This document shows, in pieces, positions 30,165 through 40,983 of a stretch of DNA of 64,000 bases. Below the pieces are notes generated by a model. It searched no databases, was not told the origin of the DNA, and worked only from the letters and a program-made list of their open reading frames with translations. This DNA is from an uncultured virus (IMG/VR IMGVR_UViG_3300030044_000012). Its lineage: Duplodnaviria; Heunggongvirae; Uroviricota; Caudoviricetes. The position numbers were made by a program, and so were the translations under genes. The DNA is taken from IMG/VR virus record IMGVR_UViG_3300030044_000012. One strand, 5' to 3'. Position 1 is the first letter of the stretch, and each line of letters opens with the position of its first letter.

Positions 30165-32126
30165 TCATAGATGTCCTTCCTTCTTCCAGTGGTAAAGCAT
30201 CGCCTCTACTACAATCTTGTTGATGGCCCCACGATCACACAGGGGTGGCAATGGAGACACCTTCTCCGCTTCAACCACAGCTTCGCGAAGTCGGTTGTAC
30301 TCACTCGTAACACGCTCGATGTTCCACCCACCGTTACGGATTTCGAGGAGTGTCGATACATTCGGACGAGGGAAGGTCATAGTTCCGGTCTGCAACAGTT
30401 CAAGGCATTCATCCATAGAGCGAACCATGTGCATCGCGGCCTTGCAGTTTCCTTGAAATGCGGGACGACCTTGACTGCGAGTGACCAGTGTGCCCAACGG
30501 CATTTCAAAGCAGACAACCCGGTGATTTTCCACTTTGATTTCCTTGATGGGGTAACCATACTTCTGCTTCGGCTCCTCTCCTGCCCTCAGGATTCCACTT
30601 TTGAAGTTGACACAACGAAACTGACTTTGGTCAGCGGGGCGGTACACCTGATACATCGGAATGTTTCCTAATTTGGTTTCATCTCGGTCGTATTCATAAG
30701 GACCGTTGACCACACAAATATGCCCTGAAGACACCATCATTGCTTGAACATCATCGGCCAATTTCTTAACCGATGTATAAAGGAGGGTGCCTTGCCCATC
30801 CTTTCTTTCTTTCTTGGTACGATAACCATCACCCAAGCAAAGACTGTTCCATAAAATCCACGCCTGTTCGTAGCCCAATTGGAAACACCAATCAGGTAAA
30901 TGCTTAGCCTTGTGGTGACCGAAGTCCTCGTATAGCTTGTACGCCAGCTTCCTTGGGAAGGTCCAAACTGTCTCATATTCGACGTGTTCGCGTGGATAAT
31001 CATAGCGGTGCCCATGGAAAATTGTACGCAGCCTATCTGCGTACTGGTAATACTCTTCTTTGCCTTCGGGTGTTTGCACAACCCTAACGCTCTTCACCCT
31101 CCCCTCGCGAAAAGAGATGCTGCCCTCTGACAGGTATAACCCAGCCAGTGACAGGTATTCATCCATCACATCGTATTGATAGATGCGTGGTGAGGCCGAA
31201 CGAGGAGTATGGTACATCGAGCGTACAACTCGGGCTTTAACCCCGCCCATGAGGTCTGACAATTGAACGAGACGCCAATCGGCTTTACCGGGGTAATATT
31301 TTGTGCTGAATCCTAATTTAGGGTTTCTGGACGCAGGGGATGCCACCATATTGTGGTTGGGAGTCACAACACAGCGAGTGAGTTGAGGTTCAACAACGTA
31401 CATGAAACCCGAATGATATTTATCAATCCTCCGCAGCGGAGTGTCAAATCGCACAGCATCAAACCGCACGCCGGATGTCTGTCCCTTAATGAAGTCAAAC
31501 GTGGCTAGTTTGTCCGAATCAAGCACATCATCAAATCGCTTCCAACCGTGGTCAGTGAGAAACTCTGTTTCAGAATCAAGGTAGCAATCGTACCCATGGG
31601 CAGCTATCAAATCATCCCTCTGACCATGTTTCCCGGCTCCCTGTAGCCCCAACAAGCGGTTGTACTGGCTCTTCCCTAGTCCGAGGAAGGCCGCAGTGTG
31701 TCCAGAGGCAAGGAAGAGGCTCCTGTGAGGTAGAATGTAGGTGTCCCATACGCTCGGGTGAGTCACATGACTATCCTTGATGGGTTCGGGAGCGAATAGG
31801 TAGCTGAGGATGGTAGGGTTACCCTTCATGGCGAGTCCCGCCCAGCGCCTGAGAGTGTAAGCTTTAAGATCGGTGTCATCAGCCGTGTTCTTTTCGTATT
31901 GGTCGGACGTTCCCTGTGTGATGTGTCCCTTCTGTCGAGGGTCTTCATTTCCGAGGGCGAGTTCGAACACAGGGTCGCCGATGTACACACCGGCCACATC
32001 GAGGTCGGACTTCCCTTCGATACGGGCTCCGTGCATTGAAGAGCCTGACGCGAAGGCAAGAATCACCTGATCCAACCTCAGCATCGGATTTCTCAACAAC
32101 ACATTAACCAATTCACCGTTAAGCAC
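30165..32126 (-). CDS. DNA polymerase-beta-superfamily nucleotidyltransferase (RlaP/YcgL-like) with intein
   Basis: GS..HG.....SDLD..GVY, KGNP..L..LF, GYD|..|CKAAMH..R motifs. Confidence 0.85.
   Translation of the reverse strand: MLNGELVNVLLRNPMLRLDQVILAFASGSSMHGARIEGKSDLDVAGVYIGDPVFELALGNEDPRQKGHITQGTSDQYEKNTADDTDLKAYTLRRWAGLAMKGNPTILSYLFAPEPIKDSHVTHPSVWDTYILPHRSLFLASGHTAAFLGLGKSQYNRLLGLQGAGKHGQRDDLIAAHGYDCYLDSETEFLTDHGWKRFDDVLDSDKLATFDFIKGQTSGVRFDAVRFDTPLRRIDKYHSGFMYVVEPQLTRCVVTPNHNMVASPASRNPKLGFSTKYYPGKADWRLVQLSDLMGGVKARVVRSMYHTPRSASPRIYQYDVMDEYLSLAGLYLSEGSISFREGRVKSVRVVQTPEGKEEYYQYADRLRTIFHGHRYDYPREHVEYETVWTFPRKLAYKLYEDFGHHKAKHLPDWCFQLGYEQAWILWNSLCLGDGYRTKKERKDGQGTLLYTSVKKLADDVQAMMVSSGHICVVNGPYEYDRDETKLGNIPMYQVYRPADQSQFRCVNFKSGILRAGEEPKQKYGYPIKEIKVENHRVVCFEMPLGTLVTRSQGRPAFQGNCKAAMHMVRSMDECLELLQTGTMTFPRPNVSTLLEIRNGGWNIERVTSEYNRLREAVVEAEKVSPLPPLCDRGAINKIVVEAMLYHWKKEGHL
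30447..31586 (-). mobile_element. intein with LAGLIDADG endonuclease (380 aa)
   Basis: Starts CYLDSETEFLT..GWK, block B VTPNH, LAGLYLSEG and LCLGDG, ends FQGN|C. Confidence 0.9.
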
Positions 32127-32744
32127 AACTACCCCCCAGTGATCCTAACCAAGTCGGGGCAGAATTCGCCCAAGATGGAGAGAAGAATCAATTCTTCAAC
32201 GCTGTGGAGAGTTCCGTCATTGGCAACCCTCGGCCCGTTAGCGATAATGGCCGAGATTGAATCCTTAGCCCATTTTCGCATTTCAACAGTCAGCCTTTGT
32301 CTACTTCAATCCAAACAATGGGCATCATCCACCTCGTTATTGACCATTAACCATGTTGCCAATGTCGCTTGGGGTCAAGACCGCAATCTGTTCTGTCGGC
32401 ACACCAGCAAACAAATTCCACAACAGAGTTAACCGCTCCGCACGAGGACCGTACATTGAATATGTCGCTCCGTCATCGGCGAGTATCTGTGCTGCTCCGC
32501 CGTGATACTCCGTACCCGACATGTCCACTGTCCAATTCTGATTGATGTTCATGACGCTCACTTCCCTTCACTTGGGGGTGTTGTAATATGCCGCGTACCC
32601 ACTACCCGGCACTGACCAATATGCCGTTTTCCGTTCAGGATACCGGGCGTGAGAATACGCAATACAGTCTCCGATTACAAACAACCCCCACAAAACAACC
32701 CAAAGTGTTAACAGGTGTACTCTTGCCATGAACTCCCGGATTTC

Positions 32745-33491
32745 TTACAGCGTGTGTTCGTATTCCTTCTCGTCCCACACTTCGATGTAGTAGGACTCTT
32801 TATCAACGCTACGTCCGTTATATGTGGACAGTGAGACAATCAGGAAAGGGTCCGGGTCGCGTTGAACGATGGTCTGTTCGCGCTCGACCACCAGTTGGTC
32901 AATCTGGAACTCCGCCTCGGGCAGCAATGCTTTGATTTGTAGTGCCTTTGACAGAACAAACTCAGGAACCGCGCCGGGGTAGCCTTTCAGTGAATACGTT
33001 TGCCACTTCTTGTTCTTACGCCAGCCGCGCAGGTCGCCATTGAACGTATAAACCCATGCGGCGATTTGGAAACAAACAATACCGGCAATGGATAGAACAT
33101 TGAACACGTCACCCACAACGCCCCAAAAGCTGAAATCAGGGTAGTTGTGTGAGACAGGGAGGGAGCAGCTAAGAATTAAGGCAAGCGCAAAGCACAAGCC
33201 GAAGTGGAACACCGCCCATTTGTGACCAGACCAGACACCAAACTTTTCCTTGCTCAGCTTGTAGGCTTCGACCTTCGATGTCACCAACGGAGGAATCTCC
33301 AATTTACAGAGAGCCCCACGCAGAGTGCTACCTGTTGCCTTGAGCAGCTTGTTATAACCCAAGACACTGGAAGCCTGTTCCCCCAGTAGTTGAGTCGTCT
33401 CATCTGTGCGAAACTGCACCCGTTCAATTTCAGAAGGCTTCGTCATTAAACTCAGCATTGTTGTTCTCCATACAACTGTTTTTCGTTCCAT
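32745..33491 (-). CDS. membrane protein
   Basis: Two TM segments. GGTACACT 6 nt before the ATG at 33491. Confidence 0.7.
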   Translation of the reverse strand: MERKTVVWRTTMLSLMTKPSEIERVQFRTDETTQLLGEQASSVLGYNKLLKATGSTLRGALCKLEIPPLVTSKVEAYKLSKEKFGVWSGHKWAVFHFGLCFALALILSCSLPVSHNYPDFSFWGVVGDVFNVLSIAGIVCFQIAAWVYTFNGDLRGWRKNKKWQTYSLKGYPGAVPEFVLSKALQIKALLPEAEFQIDQLVVEREQTIVQRDPDPFLIVSLSTYNGRSVDKESYYIEVWDEKEYEHTL

Positions 33492-34478
33492 GTGAGCAGT
33501 GTACCTCATTTCGAGTAGGTTGAGAAGAGTTTAGTTGATTATCTTGTCATCGCACGAATATAGTAACGCAAGCAACCACCAATACTACAAAAACCCAAAT
33601 CATCGCGATTGCGGTGCCGAAGTATTTCCATGTGGCTTCGTAGAAAGGCATGTATTCATCAAACGCTTTACTGTACTCGCTGAATGATATTTTACCTTCT
33701 CTGTGTAGGATTTCGTACTTGGTTAAGCGCCGTGAGGCTTCCATATACTCCTTGCCAGCACGTATATAGTAAATCGGACTTAACACAAACTCTTTGATTG
33801 TCATGCCCCTTAGTTCCTTTCAATCGTACAAAGTGACCGTAGTCTTGGCGGTCATCGGGTGTACATGAATCGCCCGTACTGGAGTGCTCATGAACCCTTT
33901 GGTACTGAGAAGTTCCTTGGCAAAAGCAGCTTCAAACTCTTCCTTGTTTAAGTATGCTATGTACTCAATGTAATGCTCAGTGGAAGCCGGATACCCATGC
34001 CCCGGTGCCCACTCCCCCACCGATTCTGTGGTGTAGGAGGAGCCTTTGATAATCACCCAGTGTTCACAGGCCGGTACCTGCTCCGGATTGCGAACGTAGA
34101 TTACAGTTGTTGGATAGGGCATACATTTTCCTTTGGGGGTTTGTTCAGAGTGCGAATGCGTTGCAGCATCTGGTTGTGAATGGTGCGAAGCCGGGACACG
34201 CTGTCATTGAACTGAATTCGTTGCTCATAGGAGGCGTCTGGTTTGGGCTCAAACTGATGCATCGAACTCATGGATATTTTGAAGACAGCCTCAGCGGAGT
34301 ACAGCAAAGCACCCCGGACGGCCTTTGCGTGTTCTTTGTGGCGGACGTGAACTGCTTTAAGGATAACGTTCATGACGTTCTGATAGCTCTCCACGTTATG
34401 GAGAACCTTCGCTCGTGGGTGGTGCCCCTTGGTAGGACTCACCTTGGGAGAACTGTGTCTGTAGGGCACTTACACACC

Positions 34479-35528
34479 TCAAATGAGAATCATGTTTCCC
34501 TGTTGGTGGTAGACGAAGTTGGCATCCAGCATTTTCATCCACTCTTCTTTAGTCGCCCGAAAATCATCAAAGGTGGTTGCATTGACAGCACACCACTCAC
34601 ACAAGGCTTCAAGCGTCTTGAACACCGGGCTGGTAGGCTCTCCCTCATTCGTGGTGCTCCAAAGCTGGAACCCAATACCCTTGGGTGGTTCCTTCTTTTT
34701 CCAAGAGTCGCACCTCTTCTTATGTGCTGGGGTAAACCAGACAGAGCCACTGCCCTTGCAGTGAGCACACTTCGTGGTGCCCAGCTTCTCCCGCTTCATC
34801 CGTGCTCTGATACACGTCCACGCTGAACCTCCACCGATAAGCGCATCGATGCTCCAGTCATTGACTTCCTGCGGAGTGGGCACACGACCGTTGTGAAAAG
34901 TCTTCCATGGTTGCCAGTTCTTCCTGCCCTTCCAGTTGGCTGCACTACGCCGTTCCCGCTCCTCATTATTGAACTTCTCGACAGCGTCGAACTCAACCTT
35001 TTGCTCCTCGTTGAGTGGATGCCGGGTGAGATGCCGGGTGAAGTCTGTTAACTGATTATCATCAAGAAGAGCTTTGACATCAGCTTCATTCAGATGATGC
35101 ATCCAGCGACAGTTGAAAAGTTCGGCGAGACGGTTTCCTTCTCGTTGGATACTCCCTTCAAGCCACTCATACCCCGCGAGGTAGGCGTCGATGCCCTTCT
35201 CGTTCCACAATTTCCAATACACCTCAACGCCCTGCATGTACCCTTCCCTACCCGGTGCCGCTAGATGAGTCATCAGGACGTTCTTTATTGCGAAGGAGCG
35301 TACGACGGGAGAGTCAGCAGTGTAGGGAGTAGAGCCGTTATCTTCTGGCTGGAATGTGGTCTTCCCATACCACATATCCGACAGCCGTTTGGCCTCAGGA
35401 CTCTCACCTGATCCTTCGCAGAAGGGGCAGTTCTTGTGATCCTTGTAGTAGGGGTTGATGTACCCCTTCCAAATTTTGCCAATAGGGGCATTGAACTTCA
35501 ATGGCACCCGTTTCAGTTCACGTCCCAT
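34479..35528 (-). CDS. conserved phage protein with DnaJ-like CxxCxGxG motifs
   Basis: MGRELKRVP, CPFCEGSG, CAHCKGSG and EPP.G.G.QLW.TT.EG motifs. Confidence 0.75.
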   Translation of the reverse strand: MGRELKRVPLKFNAPIGKIWKGYINPYYKDHKNCPFCEGSGESPEAKRLSDMWYGKTTFQPEDNGSTPYTADSPVVRSFAIKNVLMTHLAAPGREGYMQGVEVYWKLWNEKGIDAYLAGYEWLEGSIQREGNRLAELFNCRWMHHLNEADVKALLDDNQLTDFTRHLTRHPLNEEQKVEFDAVEKFNNEERERRSAANWKGRKNWQPWKTFHNGRVPTPQEVNDWSIDALIGGGSAWTCIRARMKREKLGTTKCAHCKGSGSVWFTPAHKKRCDSWKKKEPPKGIGFQLWSTTNEGEPTSPVFKTLEALCEWCAVNATTFDDFRATKEEWMKMLDANFVYHQQGNMILI

Positions 35529-35888
35529 CGCTTATTTCCTTTCAGGGTCGGTACAATACGACGAGCAAGGTTGGAGAACGTTCCAACCCCGCTTATCGCC
35601 TCCGACACTATGTTACTCGGGCACAGGCTCATTTGTATCCGAGAGCCTCACGCTCTTGAGGATTCAGTTTGTTGAGAGCCTGTTCACGCAGCTTGTTCTC
35701 TTGCTCCCCCTTGTATTCTTCGTAGGTATCAAAAATGATAAGTTCAACGGCACGAACAGTTCCGTCGGCACCCCACCAACCTGTGCCTTTGGTGGCTCTG
35801 GTGCCATCGGCAGCGTTAACAAAATAACCCACGTGTGCGTCACTACGTTCGTCTTGAGGGACTCGGGCTTCAAATGCACTGATACGTT

Positions 35889-36305
35889 TCATGCGGCTTT
35901 CCTCAATTCTCTGATGGTCTCCCACACGTAGGTGTCGGGTACCCACATCCATCTTGGCCCAGCCATCTGGTTCTGGTCGATATGGATGGCAAACTTCACG
36001 AGATAGTAGTTACCTCTTCTCGGTTCACGGTGGTACCCTTCAATGGTGGCTTGATAGAATGCCCCATTATCGTTAACCCACACGTTGGTGTCGTTGACGA
36101 GGATGCGATTGTCGTTGATATGAGATGGGGCACGCCGGGGACGAATCACAGCGACGACTTTACTGTCAGGAAGAGTGTGTAGAATCAACCACTCCAACGC
36201 GGTTCGAGCGGCCTGAGGGGCAAGTCGAACCCACACAATGAACAGAGTGGTTGAGAGGATTTCAACTACAGCCACGCCAAGGAGGACACTGATGAAGTAA
36301 CCCAT
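35889..36305 (-). CDS. hypothetical membrane-anchored protein
   Basis: First gene after a promoter motif, with an N-terminal TM segment. Confidence 0.65.
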   Translation of the reverse strand: MGYFISVLLGVAVVEILSTTLFIVWVRLAPQAARTALEWLILHTLPDSKVVAVIRPRRAPSHINDNRILVNDTNVWVNDNGAFYQATIEGYHREPRRGNYYLVKFAIHIDQNQMAGPRWMWVPDTYVWETIRELRKAA

Positions 36306-36338
36306 GCTCCTAGTATACCTGTACTCGGGGTGTTTTGG
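36306..36338 (-). promoter_or_regulatory. phage promoter CCAAA-N14-GG-TATACT
   Basis: Exact spacing, 6 nt before the ATG. Confidence 0.75.
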
Positions 36339-36920
36339 TTACAAATTTCAGAAACTTTTTACAACCTGTACTTAGGGTGCTTATCCGGCTCAGTAATTCC
36401 CATGCTTTTTAGGATGTTACGCAGCTTCCGTGCCTCAAGATTGCGGACAGAGTAGCCGGTACCGCAGGGGCAGGAATCACACCCCGGCTTGCCGCAACCA
36501 AGGCATACTTCAACCTCAACGCAGCCAAGTTTTTCGGCCTGTTCCTTGAAATTTTCAAGGTGTTTGATCTGTGCTGATAGATTCATCTGGTCTCCTTAGA
36601 AGATGGGCAGCGAGCCATCCAACGGGTAGATGGGTTTGGGTGGGTGGGTGGAGGGTGTTGGTGTGTCTTGTTTTCTCATCTTCCCACTTTTTCATAAGGG
36701 TTTTCCTGTGCCGAGTGAATGGTGACTACACCTTCTTTGTTGTTTCTTTCCACTTCACAGTAATCGCACCACTCGCAGACAATGTGTCCCATGACCGAGT
36801 AAGTACCGTCGCCGTTGTCCAATAGATGCCTCAGCGTATTTGACGGCCTCTTATAAACCTCGGTCGCTGTTTCGAGGTTGAAGCGTTCGCGTTCAATGAA
36901 GTTCATTTCCCCTACTGGAC

Positions 36921-37334
36921 TCATAGCTCTTTCACTTTCTGAATGGCGGAATGGTCGTCCTGTTCCAGAATCTTGCGTTCGGAATCGAGATCACGCTTCA
37001 ACGCACGGGCGGCTGAGAACTTATCACCATAACGTGCTCTCAGTTTGGCGATGTTGGTGCCCATGAGTTCTTCGAAGCTGGCATCAAGTTCATGGATGGC
37101 AATAGCGAAGTACCATAGGGAGTCGCCGATTTCTTCCTTGAAGTTTACTTCATCAACGGTCTTACCATAGAAGAGCGCCTTTTTGATAGCGTCGAGCAAC
37201 TCACCGGCCTCGGTTGCGGCACCAATGGCAGCGTGGAGGAGTTGAATGTTGCGGTTGGTCAGTCGAGCACGGATGGCGTCGAAGTCTTGACTATTGGTTA
37301 CTATGGCATTTTCGATGTATTCGGTAGGGTTCAT
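36921..37334 (-). CDS. MazG-like NTP pyrophosphohydrolase
   Basis: G.ATEAGELLD..KK, EEIGD.LWY and NIAKLRARY motifs. Confidence 0.88.
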   Translation of the reverse strand: MNPTEYIENAIVTNSQDFDAIRARLTNRNIQLLHAAIGAATEAGELLDAIKKALFYGKTVDEVNFKEEIGDSLWYFAIAIHELDASFEELMGTNIAKLRARYGDKFSAARALKRDLDSERKILEQDDHSAIQKVKEL

Positions 37335-37725
37335 GCATAACTAATACTGCATTTAGGAAACTGTCGGGGAGAAGATGTAGCCGTGCTGCTTCCCCCATTC
37401 AATCCAAATTTTGCAGAGCGGGTCGAGACGGCCTCTAACTTCCTCCGGGAAATGGGGACACTGCTCCTGAACAATGGTGCCAAGCAGAGCCATCGCCGCC
37501 CATGGGTCAAAGACACCAAGGGTGGAGCTATCTTCCCCTACATTGTGGTAGTAGTCATGCAGGTCATAAATCAGGTGAGGAATGACCTCGGTGTTCATGT
37601 TAAGCATCGCTTGGAAAGCGGGGTGCTTCCACACAGTCATGGACATGACAGCAGTCTCGTCGGAGTAGACGGCCATGTACTCACGATATTGTTCGTAGGA
37701 TGTCATGGGGGAATTGTACACTAGT

Positions 37726-37819
37726 TGGTGGTGGATGAGGGAGTCGAACCCGTCCCGGCACGCCAATCTAGCGTTTATCAGGGTGTATAAATCCCCGCCG
37801 CACACCGATGCTATCCACC
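37726..37819 (-). tRNA. atypical tRNA with UAU anticodon (Ile or allo-tRNA-like)
   Basis: Acceptor GGTGGAT/ATCCACC, loop TT-TAT-AC, long V-arm, bulged T stem, CCA end. Confidence 0.65.
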
Positions 37820-38331
37820 ATTTTCATTTTGTCTTTATATTTCTTTGTGTTCTTCCCCTTATACGTTGGGGTTAATGTATGACAATTTGGACAAATGAAT
37901 CTCAAGTTTTCTATTCGATTATCTTTCTTATCACCGTTTACATGGTCTAACTCAATGGGAATAGGGTGATTTTCCCACATTGTTCTCCGGCATTCTTCAC
38001 AACGATGCTCTTTAATCCCCTCTGATATTAGCCTCCTCTTCAAGCTATTGAGGTTTTTATAAGTGGAGTCTTTAACAAGGATAGAGGATAGAGGTGCCCT
38101 GCGCCCCCAGTTGCGGGTATGGTTAACCATCTTTAACCCATGGTTCCACCCCTGTCCTTTCATGTGGGATACATCTACACTTAGTCGTTTTGCGGACAGC
38201 ATTAACGAGTAATGTGTGTTTCCCTTGGCTTGCTTCCCTAACACCTTAGCCACTTCACGCCATGAAAAACTTATACGTACAGCTTCTATAAATTGTTCAT
38301 CAGTCCAACTTCTACTTCTTCCCATACCCAT
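37768..38331 (-). CDS. HNH endonuclease ending inside a tRNA
   Basis: CEEC, LDHVNGD..DNRIENLRFICPNCH motifs. Confidence 0.88.
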   Translation of the reverse strand: MGMGRSRSWTDEQFIEAVRISFSWREVAKVLGKQAKGNTHYSLMLSAKRLSVDVSHMKGQGWNHGLKMVNHTRNWGRRAPLSSILVKDSTYKNLNSLKRRLISEGIKEHRCEECRRTMWENHPIPIELDHVNGDKKDNRIENLRFICPNCHTLTPTYKGKNTKKYKDKMKMVDSIGVRRGFIHPDKR

Positions 38332-38393
38332 TGCTCCTAACTAACAATGGATTCGGAAGTTGTAAAATAAACTGGTGCGTGTTAACTTATTTG

Positions 38394-38481
38394 TGGTAGG
38401 GCTGGTGGGACTCGAACCCACACCGTGCGAAACGGACCATCAGATTTTAAGTCTGCGTGATATGCCATTCTCTACAGCCCC
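38394..38481 (-). tRNA. tRNA-Leu(UAA)
   Basis: Loop CT-TAA-AA, V-arm, A73, CCA end. Confidence 0.9.
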
Positions 38482-39211
38482 AAATTTTACTTCTTAAATC
38501 CCTTGATACGTTCTTGTGAGAGCGTAGCCACCGACCTTGGCTGCGGCGGATGTTCAATTACTTCCCTGAGGCGCTCGGTGAACACTCGCCCGTATTCAGC
38601 ATCGGCCTGTTGAACCGCCTCAAACAACTCCGGGGTGCGATTCTTCACGTACGCAGTTGAAGCTTGAAGCAGATGGGCTCTTGCAAGTTTGACGGGCTCG
38701 TAGCTATTCAACTGGTCTACTTGCTCATCGGATAGTGTCTTGGTGTCTTCAGCCATACCTACCTAATACTCAAATTCCATACGATTGGCGTCATCCAGCT
38801 TAACCCAAAAGCGACAACCTTTCACCTTCTTACCAGAAATACGACTGGCGTTAAACGTCACCGAATCAAAATCCTTCGAGCCGTTCCGGATGTAAATCCG
38901 ATGTAGCTTAAGGACTGTACCCTTTGGCAGAGTTACCTTGGTAGCTGCCATCTCCTTCCGCCAATCGTTCACACACTTGAGCCCGAAGTGTTCAAACATC
39001 CCCCAATTACGAGACTCATGGTACAGGAGGAACGTCCAATCGCTGGCAGTCGTGAACTCCGTCCCCAAAGCGGGAATAGACATCCGTTGCTTCTTCATCG
39101 CTCACCCCAACTCATCTTGCTACGCATCGCTTCAAAAAACCCACTGCTATGGAGCCGCACTAGATTCACCGTGTGCTCGGAACGGCATTGACCTCGGTAC
39201 TGCACTTAAAC

Positions 39212-39299
39212 TGGCGGAGGCGGACGGAGTTGAACCCCCAAGTCCTTTCGGTACGTCCCGTTTCGAGCGGGGTGGGCTTGCCACATGCCCAACGCCTCC
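39212..39299 (-). tRNA. tRNA-Ser(CGA)
   Basis: Loop CT-CGA-AA, V-arm, G73. Confidence 0.9.
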
Positions 39300-39451
39300 A
39301 TTTTACAACTACCCTATATCGTTCTCAAACTTTCCTTAAATTTTGGTGGGGGTACGCAGTACGCAGCTTGGCTCTATCCACTTCAGGCTTGGCATAGGCT
39401 GCTTTGTAGCGTTCCAATGCCTCATTAACCTACATTATACCTCCAATATCA

Positions 39452-39538
39452 TGGCGGAGAGCCGAGAACACGATTCCCAAACCCGAAGGTTCCATCTGTT
39501 TAGCAAACAGCGCCGTCAGCCCCAACGGTTGACTCTCC
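39452..39538 (-). tRNA. tRNA-Ser(GCU), 8/4-type fold
   Basis: GGAGAGTC/GGCTCTCC, 4-bp T stem, T loop ATCGTGT. Confidence 0.8.
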
Positions 39539-39542
39539 ATTT

Positions 39543-39617
39543 TGGTCGGGCCAGAAGGATTCGAACCTTCAACCTAGAAATTATGAGTTTCGTGCTCTAC
39601 CCTTGAGCTATAGCCCG
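39543..39617 (-). tRNA. tRNA-Ile2/Met(CAU)
   Basis: Loop CT-CAT-AA and CCA end. Confidence 0.88.
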
Positions 39618-40166
39618 ATTTGTTCTTCCAGTCCAGCCTTCGAATGCCCCCGCTTGCCTAGCTGCTCTAAGTCCATCTAACAAAAACAACCATGCAGCGT
39701 AGGGTACTGACCCCCGAAAGTAATTGCACCGAATGCAAGCCGCTTTCACATTGTCCTTTGTGTGCCCCCTTGTGTTGTCAATCCGGTCGAGAGTCATCCG
39801 AAGTTCGGTCTCTCCACAGTAAAAACACCCATCAGCAATCACAGCACTAACCCAATTACGGTCGAGGTCATTATCTCTCCTTTTCAATTTATCACTTCTC
39901 TTACTGTCGTTAGTGATAAACTTTCCCGTGTATTTTGGGTCTTTTCGGTACTCCCTTACTCTCTTGTTTGTTCTCTGTTTATACAGAGGGTCGGCGGCGC
40001 ATCTGGAAAGATAAGTCTGTTTCTTCCGAGTGTTCCGTTTTTTGTTATCACAGGTTCTGCAAACTTTCTTGATGTACTCACTACCACCAGTCCGGTTTGT
40101 GTAGAACTCGTCCCTGTGTTTAGGCATCTCGCATCGCTTACAAATGATAATAATTTCAGTGTCCAT
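39597..40166 (-). CDS. HNH-like endonuclease ending inside a tRNA
   Basis: CFYCG....TLDRIDN..GH..DNV..AC..CN motif with N-terminal CxxC pairs. Confidence 0.82.
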   Translation of the reverse strand: MDTEIIIICKRCEMPKHRDEFYTNRTGGSEYIKKVCRTCDNKKRNTRKKQTYLSRCAADPLYKQRTNKRVREYRKDPKYTGKFITNDSKRSDKLKRRDNDLDRNWVSAVIADGCFYCGETELRMTLDRIDNTRGHTKDNVKAACIRCNYFRGSVPYAAWLFLLDGLRAARQAGAFEGWTGRTNRAIAQG

Positions 40167-40206
40167 ACCAATGACACTGATAGTTCATTTTGGCGGAATG
40201 CAAGTT

Positions 40207-40294
40207 TGGCGGAGAGTAATTGCATCGAACAATTATCCATCACTGGATACTATGGTTTTCAAGACCATTCGGGGAGCCAACCCCAGTACCCTCC
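40207..40294 (-). tRNA. tRNA-Ser(UGA)
   Basis: Loop CT-TGA-AA, V-arm, G73. Can fold 8/4 or 7/5. Confidence 0.82.
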
Positions 40295-40983
40295 AAATTT
40301 ATTTGGGCGACTCGGGACACCATCCGGTATACAGTTGGTGAGGTATCCCTCGCGTTTCGCACGATAGTCCACCGAATACCCGGTCACCTAGACTTACCGC
40401 TCCACCCTTCGCTAATACTTTCCCTGTGCAGGATTTGAACCTGCGGTTCCCCGGTTCTTTAGGGCGCGGTGACCGCTCCCGAGGAATCTATGTCACCGTC
40501 AGCATTAAACCACTCTGCCAACAGGAAAACTTATCTTTCCCACGCCACCAGCGGAATCTCAAACGGCGGGATTTCCACTTTGCAGTATGGCTTGTACTCA
40601 TCAAACTTGTGCTGACCGGGCAACGCTTCAACCCAGTAGCAAATCTCTTCTGCGAACACATCACTGAACTTCTGACGCCAATACACGAACCACTGCTTAT
40701 CTGCGTTCCACCGGGCGATACTCGCATTCCGGCAGCTTCCAAGATAGTAGGCTCCGTGTTCCAAATCTTCGAAGGCTACCATACCTTTCTTGTGCTTCTC
40801 AGGTGTCGGGCACTCACTGTATAGTTCACGTCGGAAGTATTGTTCTGCTTCTTCTCGTGATGTGCCTCGTGCCATGGAACTGGCTACACATCGTTCAAAC
40901 TCGGCACCGTAAATTTTGTTGCTCCCACAAAAGCAACACAGCATATCTACCGCGTTGAAGTCAATCATAGCACCCTTTCAAAC

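Noticed and set aside
37726..37819. Ochre suppressor (TTA) reading of the atypical tRNA
   Set aside because: The symmetric 7-nt loop gives TAT with a purine at position 37.
39344..39430. tmRNA 3' end (CCCCCACCA)
   Set aside because: No T arm, no matching 5' end and no tag frame.
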